Positions 28,589 to 37,586 of a stretch of 37,586 bases of DNA are shown one piece after another. Made by a program: the position numbers and the translations under genes. How positions within the stretch are numbered: position 1 is the stretch's first letter; each line of letters begins with the position of its first letter. The DNA comes from Craspedostauros australis (lineage: Eukaryota): positions 1 through 37,586 of the forward strand of contig JALAGF010001522.1 of the NCBI GenBank assembly GCA_030167865.1, read 5' to 3'. A model generated the notes under the pieces. It was not told where the DNA came from and made no database searches. It saw only the letters and a list, made by a program, of their open reading frames with translations.

Positions 28589-30475
28589 CTACGCCCAAAA
28601 GTGCTGAATGATCATATCAATTTCGAACCGGCACACCGGACACTTGTCGCCACGCGCTTTCAAGATGCGTGCGCATACCAGACAGCACGCGACATGGCCT
28701 GTCTCACCATGCACGATGGTGGCGTTGCGTTCTTCCGTTAAACAGATGAGACATTTGTCATCGTCGCGGTCGGCCTTGGAATGATTTCTCCTTTGTGTCA
28801 CCTTGTTTCGGCTGACATGCGGTTGTGCAGGACCATCATCGTCGTCGGTGGTGCATTCACCGCAGTACCGATTGCCGTTCTCTTCTCCATCGCTGTCGTT
28901 GTCACCGGACGCCTCCATCGCTTCGCGGATGTAGCCTTCGACTTGCCGCTGCATTTGCAGATGATACATGCCGGGATTATCGGGATCGAAGGCCGAATCC
29001 AATCCAACAAATTCCACGACCAACTCGTTGCCCGGCGGCGGACGATTCAGGCGCACGGAGACCCACCCGCCGTTCCCCGCCAACCGCAGACGTTCGATGC
29101 ACCGATCCATGGGATGATCCGAAAAGGCACGACCGATGATGCTGAGCTCTGCCCCCATCGGCGCATGGCCGATCTGCGGACTGGACAGCTCGACGTCACG
29201 ACGAATGACGGCGCCCTCGGGCAGACGCACCTTGTACAAGGCGGGCACAGGAAACGACAACGGCTGCGCGACGGATCCGCGCTGTCCGCTGAGCGGATTG
29301 AGGAATTCGGAGCACCAGCCGTCGACCAAGCGCGCCATGCGCTGCGCGTCGTCCTGCAGAATGGATTGTACGCGCAGACGCGACAAACCTTGCTGGTTGA
29401 CCGTCTTGCGCGTGACGCGGATGAGCGAACCGTACGGGATGGTATCGACGTGCTTCGTGTTGAGTTCCAAACCCAACCGCACGAACGCACCGACGGGGCA
29501 TGTGACACGCCATATCCAAACGTCAGGATCCAGGAACGACGAGGGCAATCCCGGCGCCATGAGCGGATATCCATCGACGCTCAACACGACGTAAGCGTTC
29601 GTGCGCCTTGATTCATTGCGCGCGACCTTGAGGACTTGCACGACGCCCTGTTCGCCATGCGGATAGATGGATTGGTGCATGTCCCCGTTTTGGTACGATG
29701 GACGCACGTTGATCTTTTTGAGCGTGGACGAATCGAGATGGATGATCTCCGACGCCACCAACGTCGATCCCGGTGACAAGGTCTCCAACGAGGTGCGCAT
29801 GACGACACCGGTCTTGAGTTTGGACGGCAATTCGCGCAGCAAGGCCAGCCCGCCATCAATCTGCCACCACATCGCGTCGCGGTCATTGCGGCTTTCGATG
29901 ATGCTGTTGATGGTTCGGCTGTTGCCGTCATGATGATAGTGGTGGCGTTGCCAATGTTCCGAGGATGGGTGTGAATGTGGATGCTGGCGCTGCCGTTGCT
30001 GCTGCTGCTGCTGATTGCACTGGGTCTGGAAGGTCGCCTTCCAGTCCTTCCACCGACTGCACTCGCGATCTCGACATTCCGACCTCCATTCCTGCAGGCT
30101 GCGTTCGTCCAGCCGCTGCTGATGGGACATGTTGGATTCGAATGGAGAGAATAGAGCCGATCCTGGATGGTTGGAGTTGCATCCGCTGCGTCGTGGCGAC
30201 TGCGGCTGTCTTAGCGACGCACGAGCAGGCGACGACAACGGAGAATCGAGCTTGCGGTTGGACCTGGTGCTGCTGTTGTTGGCGTGCGAGCCATCCTCCG
30301 CCTCCTCGAGCCACGCCTCATCCCTGGACTCCGGCAGCGTTGGGAAGTTGTCGATGCTGTTGGACATTCCATCGCCAGGCGATCCCTGCAGCACCACGAA
30401 GGGGCCTGGCACGGAAATCTCCAGTTCATGCGCCATCACGAGGTCCACCTTCCTATCGTGGCTGTGCTTCGTCAT
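28589..30475 (-). CDS. RING-finger E3 ligase candidate with MDM2-like C-terminal RING and SH3b-like repeats (628 aa)
   Basis: C-terminal CLICLTEERNATIVHGETGHVACCLVCARILKARGDKCPVCR; two related beta-rich repeats upstream; disordered Ser/Gln-rich N-terminus. Confidence 0.88.
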   Translation of the reverse strand: MTKHSHDRKVDLVMAHELEISVPGPFVVLQGSPGDGMSNSIDNFPTLPESRDEAWLEEAEDGSHANNSSTRSNRKLDSPLSSPARASLRQPQSPRRSGCNSNHPGSALFSPFESNMSHQQRLDERSLQEWRSECRDRECSRWKDWKATFQTQCNQQQQQQRQRQHPHSHPSSEHWQRHHYHHDGNSRTINSIIESRNDRDAMWWQIDGGLALLRELPSKLKTGVVMRTSLETLSPGSTLVASEIIHLDSSTLKKINVRPSYQNGDMHQSIYPHGEQGVVQVLKVARNESRRTNAYVVLSVDGYPLMAPGLPSSFLDPDVWIWRVTCPVGAFVRLGLELNTKHVDTIPYGSLIRVTRKTVNQQGLSRLRVQSILQDDAQRMARLVDGWCSEFLNPLSGQRGSVAQPLSFPVPALYKVRLPEGAVIRRDVELSSPQIGHAPMGAELSIIGRAFSDHPMDRCIERLRLAGNGGWVSVRLNRPPPGNELVVEFVGLDSAFDPDNPGMYHLQMQRQVEGYIREAMEASGDNDSDGEENGNRYCGECTTDDDDGPAQPHVSRNKVTQRRNHSKADRDDDKCLICLTEERNATIVHGETGHVACCLVCARILKARGDKCPVCRFEIDMIIQHFWA

Positions 30476-31167
30476 CTCAAGGCGCGGATATCAGATGGAG
30501 TAGGGCAGAGCAGAGCGTGGCTGCGTTGGTGTTCACTTTGACGTTGACGTTGACGTCGATGTTGCAGTTGCTGTTTGCGATTGATGGCTTTCTCTCTTTC
30601 TCTCTTCAGTGATTGTGATGATTGTGGAACACCTTGTTCGTGTTCGAAGCACCTGTGGTGGTTGTTTGTTCGCAGACACACATCATCGTGTCGTTGTCGT
30701 TTGGCGAAATTCGTGTCCAAAGATCCGGTGAGTCAAAGCGATCAAATGACTCCACCGAGTCGATTCACGTCAACAATTTTCACTCGTGTCAACGATGCGA
30801 CACACATGGTGGCGAACTTTGTCGACCCGTTGACACTCATTTTTTGGATGTCGTCCCATTCTGCGGACAGCATCAACAAGAACACGACGACGGTGCACCC
30901 ATCACACTCTTGCACAGAACAAGGAAAGCAACATCATCGAAAGAAGCTCCGCACCAAGTCGAACTCGAGAGGACATACACAACACTCTATCCGCACTCAT
31001 TTCTACTGAAAGAGAGAGAGAGACAGCGAGCGAAAGTTCAAGTACCGAGTACGCAGAGACGAGCACAGAACAAGAGCACGGGACCGACCAAGGGCTTGAC
31101 TCCATCACATTGCATTGCATTGTACTACATTCCTGTCTACTATTCTATTGCACCGCTGACATCGACC

Positions 31168-32709
31168 ATGGCAGAAACGTACGATTTGCGCGTCCTGGAG
31201 GATGAGCATCAACCGGATCCATCCCTGTTGCCGGCTGGTTGGCAGAGCATTGCCGATGTCCAGCCTCTGAAGATGGAAACGAAGAAGAAGACCAAGAAAA
31301 GCAAGAAGAAGAAGAAAAAGAAGGCCATCACGCACGAGGATGAGATGGAGGCAGATTCGGTCCTCAGCACCTTGCTGGATGATGACGGCAATGAGCATAA
31401 GGTCATTGATTTGACCGTCGAGGAGACATCGGCGATCAAGAAGAATGTAAGTGTGCGACAGCAGAAGCAGGGATATGGACATCCATGGAACAACCAACCC
31501 AGTACCAATCCATTTGATTCGGATGATGACGAGGATGTGTACATTGAGTCAGCGACGGCACCGCAGAAGATTGCCAAGACGGTTGCACCAAAGATGGCGA
31601 CACCAAAGAAGTCGATGGCCACGGTGCCTGCCGCAAGCACCAACCCATTCCAAGATGACTACATCCGAAACAAGGTCCAACCAGTCACCACCACGCAGAC
31701 AGTGCAACGCGTGCCATCCGTGGACGCCATGTGCACACCGTTCGATGCTGACACCAACGAGACGGCGCAAGCCTTGACGGACATGGTCAAAAAGGGGACA
31801 TCCGATATCATCGATGGCATCGCGGCCATGGAGAGTCCCGCCATGGAAAATCCATTGCCAGCCTTGACGGGTGCCATCGATTCGGCGGTCGAGGCCGGAT
31901 CTCGGTTGGTATCCGGGATGATCCACAACAAGGCGGGCAGCGTAACGAAGAAGAAGAAGAACAAAGCGACAGAAGAAGAGGAGGCCGTTGAAATCCATCT
32001 GTCTGACACTGCCTCTGAACGTCCCATCGTGAATGTCGTGAAACAACGCAAATCCAAGTCGTCCGTGGAGAGCGACGACGATGACACTTCTGATGACGCT
32101 TCTGATGACGACGATGACGACGAGGAGGACGTCGTTGCCAGTTCCAGACGCCTGCTGCAAATGGCCGACAAACGCCTGCAGTACCAGCAACACACGGAGG
32201 AAGTGAAGAAGCTGCGCGGCCAAATCAGCACGATGAAGGAGCAGGCCGCCGCCTTGACGGAACAGCTGCGACGCGCCGTCGAGACGAAGTGCGATCTGGT
32301 CGTGGCACAGACCGAGATGGAGCGCATCCACGAGATCCAGCTGCTGGCCGCCAAGGACGAGATCCACATGCTGCAGCGCGAGGGCAAGAACAACGCGGAC
32401 GTGACGGCGCGGTTGGAACTGAAGTTCATGAACGATATGAACGTGCTGTCGCAGCGCATCCATGACATGGATCGGCGGCATCGCAACGTGGTGTTGGAGA
32501 AGGATTGCCGCATCGCGCAGCTGGAGCAGGAGGTGTCGAAGCGCAAGACCGAGTCGGTGCGGCGGGAACCCCGGTTCAAGAGCCGATTCCTCGTACCGGC
32601 GTCGTCGAACGAGACCTTGTATCCGCAGCGTCGGGAGGAGACGAAGTTGACGGAGGATGACGGCGAGGCTACCAACGCATCCAACGAGATCTTCGGCAAC
32701 GTGTTGTAA
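31168..32709 (+). CDS. Hypothetical protein with disordered N-terminus carrying NPF motifs and C-terminal coiled coil (513 aa)
   Basis: ATG in accATGg context; Lys and Asp runs; STNPFD and STNPFQ motifs; heptad-rich region from about 32140 to 32550. Confidence 0.8.
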   Translation: MAETYDLRVLEDEHQPDPSLLPAGWQSIADVQPLKMETKKKTKKSKKKKKKKAITHEDEMEADSVLSTLLDDDGNEHKVIDLTVEETSAIKKNVSVRQQKQGYGHPWNNQPSTNPFDSDDDEDVYIESATAPQKIAKTVAPKMATPKKSMATVPAASTNPFQDDYIRNKVQPVTTTQTVQRVPSVDAMCTPFDADTNETAQALTDMVKKGTSDIIDGIAAMESPAMENPLPALTGAIDSAVEAGSRLVSGMIHNKAGSVTKKKKNKATEEEEAVEIHLSDTASERPIVNVVKQRKSKSSVESDDDDTSDDASDDDDDDEEDVVASSRRLLQMADKRLQYQQHTEEVKKLRGQISTMKEQAAALTEQLRRAVETKCDLVVAQTEMERIHEIQLLAAKDEIHMLQREGKNNADVTARLELKFMNDMNVLSQRIHDMDRRHRNVVLEKDCRIAQLEQEVSKRKTESVRREPRFKSRFLVPASSNETLYPQRREETKLTEDDGEATNASNEIFGNVL

Positions 32710-34087
32710 GCGCAAGCGCGAGAATGTGACGAGTACGATACGATACGATACGATACAATGCATACGAAGACGAATACGAAGACGAAGACGAAGTAGTAGA
32801 ATAGTTCAGCAAAGTGGATTTTAAGTATAGTAGCAGGCAAAGATTGTTGAAAGAGCCCTCTCCCCGTGACGAATGAGAGAGTCGAGCTCTGGTCTGCAAC
32901 CTATTGTAGACTCTGAAGGAGACACGATGATGACAAGAGGGGGAGACTGCAACAACAGATGAGAATCCAGGTGGGCGCAGCAGGCAGAACAGGATGCAGA
33001 ACAAAGAGGGAAGTCCACGTGATTAGGGTTCCCATTGGACGGATCGATGGCGAACCTCTGCTGACGGTTGTGCTCGTCACGAGGTCATCGCACACGTTTT
33101 GCGATGTCGAAAATGCGACCATGCTGGCAACAACGATTGTGGAGGCCAGCAGAGAGTGGAGGAAGGCAGATCAGTGACAACGTTGTGGTCGTTCCTTTGT
33201 CGTCCGATGAGTACGAGAAGAGAAATCCACAGAGTCATAACTGAGGAATAGCTGCTGTGGTTGCTCTACGAGTATTGTGAAGGAATGTGTCTCCATCATC
33301 TGTCATCCATGGCACCATCCACCACCTACTATATTCTGTCGCTAGACTCTTGCATACGAGTACATTGCTCGCACAGTGCACGCAAACAACGAAATGACGC
33401 ATCGGTTTTGTTCTTCCTCCCGAAAAATGGCGCCAGAGAGGTAGTTTTCCGTTGGGAGAATAAGGAATGGGTCTGATTGGACGGTTGCGACACCGGGACG
33501 ACTTGGTGTGACACCCGTTGGTTGTCGCGAAAAATGCAAATTTGGCGACTTTCCCCGATCGCGTGGACATGTGTATCACGTTTTCGACGATAAACACCTG
33601 GTGAGGGTGACAATGAAGCCTGCACAGAACAGCGCAGCGAGATCAGCAAGAAGAGGTGCAGCAAAGACGCATCTGCGTGGCATCGTGATCGACATCATCA
33701 TCATCATAACACGAGATCGTACGATACTTCATCACCCATCGCAAGGGCCACTCTGTCACATTGTATGTGAACAGTCGGAGGCAAGGACGAGCAGATCGCA
33801 AGGTCACACACAGAGCAACAACGGTCCATCGACATCACAAACCAAGCAAACGACACATCGGCAGACTCAGTCACAAACAAAGACACAATCACTCTCTCTG
33901 TTGATGCGACGCTGCCGTACGCACGAGTATACGCATCAGTACCCGCAGCGAACGAGCGCCATCTGGACTTCGCCAAACACGTTGGCGCCAACAAGAGGCA
34001 TCACAATCATAGCCATTGCCATTGCCATAGCAACAACAGTCATAACACCAACAACAGCCATAGCAACAACAACAACAACATAACACA

Positions 34088-35020
34088 ATGATCGAATACC
34101 CCAACCACCTGAAAAGCCCACCAAAGCAGAACTCGGCAGACGACCTGTCCTCGTTGGGCAGCAACAGCAGCAGCGAGTCCAAACGCAAGGACCAGCAGCT
34201 CGACGAGGCCCTGCGATTGGCGCGCATCGTGCTGGGCAAGGACCACGCCAGCAAGTCGGACTCGAAGACCTTCCTTTCCGCCATCCGCGAGGTGGCCTCG
34301 CTCAAGCAGAACCTGCAGAAGCTCGAGCGCGAGCGCAACCTCCTGCGATGCGCCGTCAAGCGCACCAGCCTCCTGCAGCGCAGCGCCAGTTGCACCTCTC
34401 TGCAGAGTTCGGCGACGTTGGACACCGCGTTGGACTCCACGGCGTCCGACCACAAACCGCACGCCGTCACGCCGCAGACCACCATCGAGGACATCAAGAT
34501 GCGCCTCGTGTGCTGGAAGACCGCGTTCCACAACCTCAATCAGACCCACGAGAAGCTGCTCCACAAATGCCACAAGGATCTCAAGCAAATTGACTCTGTC
34601 TTGAAGAACCACATCTCGGACAGCGACGCGGAAGTCACGGCCGAGACGTTGGAGCATCTGCACGATCTCGTGCACACCGTCCTCAGTTTCCCAACGTCCG
34701 ACACGCAGCTCCAGCAGAAGTGCAAACACCAAGAGACGCGCATCGAACAACTCGAGCAGCAACTGCAACAGATGCAGTTCCAACTCGCGACGACGGAGAT
34801 TCTCACGTCCTCGTCCTCGTCCTCCATGGAGATGCCGCAAGCAACAACAACGACACACAAAACGAGACCCATTTCACCGACGGATACGGCGCGATCGTCG
34901 TCCTCGTCGTCGTGCGAGGATATTGGCGGCATCATCATGACGACGGCCACGACGGATGATGCCTTCATGATCTTCGATAATGCGGATGATGACAGCGACC
35001 AAGATGAACCACATCTTTGA
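34088..35020 (+). CDS. Hypothetical coiled-coil protein (310 aa)
   Basis: Coding-like GC3 bias; heptad segments EVASLKQNLQKLERERNLL and ETRIEQLEQQLQQMQFQL; CAA-rich 5' leader. Confidence 0.75.
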   Translation: MIEYPNHLKSPPKQNSADDLSSLGSNSSSESKRKDQQLDEALRLARIVLGKDHASKSDSKTFLSAIREVASLKQNLQKLERERNLLRCAVKRTSLLQRSASCTSLQSSATLDTALDSTASDHKPHAVTPQTTIEDIKMRLVCWKTAFHNLNQTHEKLLHKCHKDLKQIDSVLKNHISDSDAEVTAETLEHLHDLVHTVLSFPTSDTQLQQKCKHQETRIEQLEQQLQQMQFQLATTEILTSSSSSSMEMPQATTTTHKTRPISPTDTARSSSSSSCEDIGGIIMTTATTDDAFMIFDNADDDSDQDEPHL

Positions 35021-36041
35021 GGCGCGTTTCGAAGCCATTCATGTAATTGATACTCTAATGCACCACTATTTGGAAAATGGGGTTGTCGCAATCTTCATCG
35101 TCAAGAGTATTGGCACGTTGTTATCCTCGGATCACACGGCAATACCATGCGTACGCAAGATCGATGCGAACGCAAGACATGGACTCAACGCATCGCAGAG
35201 CTTGTCAACGACCGCCTCGTGCGCACCTTTTTCAGACACCTCGACAGTATTGATCGGTTGAGATTATGCGCTGGACTGTCTGTGCATTTGCCAAGACCAA
35301 ACAATGTGCTTCTATTGCCTATCGCATCGCACGTGCATGCATGGAAGAGTCGCAGTTGGAGGCCAAACCATGGTTGGAGATCGATCAGGCAACGAACTCG
35401 ACAAGTCGTGGATACACAAATCGAACCACAAAATGACGCAGAATCGCGCGTCAGCACACACAGAACGGGTTGCATAGTCGTATTGTTCTAAAATAGAGGG
35501 GTGGCTCTCTCCATACTCGCGCGTCAAATATCATGTCGGACCGTGAATGTATTGCAAAAGGATGCGATGGTGAAGGAGATTCGCCATCTCCGAGGGCTTG
35601 TGAATTTGCCAAATTAGCAAGTGCTCTCTTGATGGAATAGATATCGGTCTTGCCTTACAGGGGCGTAGATATCGAGAAGTCGAATGAGTGCAGATCGAGT
35701 TGGGCAGATGTCTGGGTCGCGGGAACATTTGGTGGAACGCAAGCCATGTCCAGCCGTTGCTGAAATCAGTGAGCGGGATAGCAACCATTTCGAGCACAAT
35801 CGGGAACAGTTCAATCTCTGCATGCCATTGTGGTGATATGTCCATGTTTTTTTTTACCGGAGGCTCTCCTTTGCCAAAGGCAAGGAAGAATCGAAAATTC
35901 CTGTGGTACCTATGTGCCCATCTTGATCTCAATACCCTCGCAATCAGGAAGTTGCTCCTGGAGGAGAGTCTGACGTAGGTGGGCACTTCCAGGGCTGAAT
36001 GGACTCCTAGTGTCTTTTGGCTTGGGTGGAGGCCAAATTTT

Positions 36042-37564
36042 TTGGTAACCATTGGTAATTTTTGGTAAATAGTCGTATGAGTCAATTTTTCTGTAGACGC
36101 TGGTACATTTTGTACGTCAGTCCCACTCGAAGCCGCACAAAAAAAACCTTTTCTGCCACAAACCTCTTCGGCAAGTCCATTCCGCTCCATTTGTTTGAGC
36201 TCTCCTTCTGTGATCATTCTCATGTGTGGCTTTTAATCACCCTCTCCAAGTTTGGTGGCGATTGGTTGGGTAGTTGTCGAGATCTGCTTGTTTCTCTGGG
36301 GCCAACACTCGATATTGTCATTCACGAATGCCCATCACCGCGATGTATCGTAGCGAATTTTGTGTGGCCCAGCGCGTGTTAACACGCGGTGGAAATGATC
36401 ACAAAACAATGTGGTACCGACCGATGCGTTCCTCACATGCTATGATCAGTTCCTTATGTCCTGGTATCATCCACTGTGGCTTAGTTCATCGCATTGCATT
36501 GTAGTTGATTGCGGTTGATACTTTCTACAATAGCGTTTCAGTTCCACTCCGGAATACGGTATACCAGCAATCACCTTGGCAACGGCAACTTGGATGCATG
36601 TATATTGTTGCACCCATCCTGCTTTGGGGACCAGTAGCACACAAGAGCAGTCCCGAACAGAGCAGAGTCGACTGTTTCACACCGAGGAGTTCAATCTCGC
36701 CATGCTCTGACCACTCTTCATTGGATCTTCCGCATCGCTGAGCATGTGCAACTGCGCCGCGCATAGTTTCCACACAATGTGAGCACATTTTAGCACGTAT
36801 CGTGTGTGTAATGTAGAAGCAAGTGTTCGATTGACCACAGCGGCGCTGAAGATTAGTAGAGAACATCAGGTTTCCTTCACAGAACGGTTGGAACGCGGTT
36901 TGATGGAGCACGAACAGTGACTGCGTTAACAACTTCACCCATGGCATGAGCGCGAGATGAGGGACTAGTCTTCGCAAGAGTATAGCAACCAGCGCCAACG
37001 AATACAGTTGTAGCGTGTGATCAGGAAGCGGTGTTTCCTCGCGAGGATAGTACGCAGAAAAGCGACGAACAGAACTTGCAGTTGGTATATCTTTGGAAGA
37101 AGTGAGATTCGAAGACCAAGACTACATGGGCAGGTGCAAGAGAGAATTCTGCGTCACCTGAAAGCACTGGCACGATGATCCGACGTCAGGGCGATGCACA
37201 ACCTTGCATCAAGTAGAGAGACTCCTGCGAACAAAACAGTTCGAATCAACAACACGTAAAACCACACGATAATTTTTGGCGCGAACTTTTGTGCATTTAC
37301 GGATTGATGATCATGGCTGTCACGAGCATTAGTGACTAACTTCAAACACCCAAAGCAACACACAAAGGCATCCTGGACCACTGACCAACACACCACCCGA
37401 AGCAGAATGAAGTGACGAATACAACCATGTCATTCACTTGACCAATAGACGAAACAGAATTGGATGCGGGTCTTTGGAAGACAGTCGGTCGCTATTGGAC
37501 CCAAACGCAACAAATTTCTGTACCAGAACGTCGTAGACTCTACGTGGTTACCAATGGTTACCAA
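36042..37564. repeat. 17-bp perfect inverted repeat pair about 1.5 kb apart
   Basis: TTGGTAACCATTGGTAA (36042-36058) and TTACCAATGGTTACCAA (37548-37564). Confidence 0.7.
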
Positions 37565-37586
37565 CGAAAAAATTCCGAAATCGCGT

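Noticed and set aside
35531-36223. 230-aa minus-strand ORF with FSNGW, faintly like the pogo/CENP-B HTH motif
   Set aside because: Only a 5-residue resemblance; no DDE motifs; codon usage unlike neighbouring genes.

Overview
Eukaryotic, gene-dense window, most likely from a pennate diatom or related ochrophyte. This is inferred from short GT-AG introns, several signal-peptide plus A-F 'ASAFAP-like' plastid presequences, and a diatom-style copia element. Left to right it holds: (1) the 5' part of a minus-strand Ty1/copia LTR retrotransposon (Gag with two CCHC knuckles, a ~475-aa insert with 20-aa repeats and a Cys4 motif, then the protease at the window edge; missed by the ORF track because no stop lies in the window) with candidate LTR boundaries; (2) a tandem array of four intact, membrane-anchored FkbM-family methyltransferase genes plus a truncated fifth copy, showing mosaic sequence exchange; (3) single-copy genes for a MATE transporter, an ER FKBP, a 4-TM protein, Hsp10, a Deg/HtrA protease, a histidine phosphatase and a plastid-targeted hypothetical; (4) an ~863-aa fusion of NYN/PIN-like nuclease, calcineurin-like phosphoesterase and RuvC/RNase H-like domains, the most notable finding; (5) a protein with SH3b-like repeats and an MDM2-like RING, and two coiled-coil proteins; (6) a gene-poor right end containing a 17-bp perfect inverted repeat. 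All domain calls are motif recognition by eye; no database searches were run.
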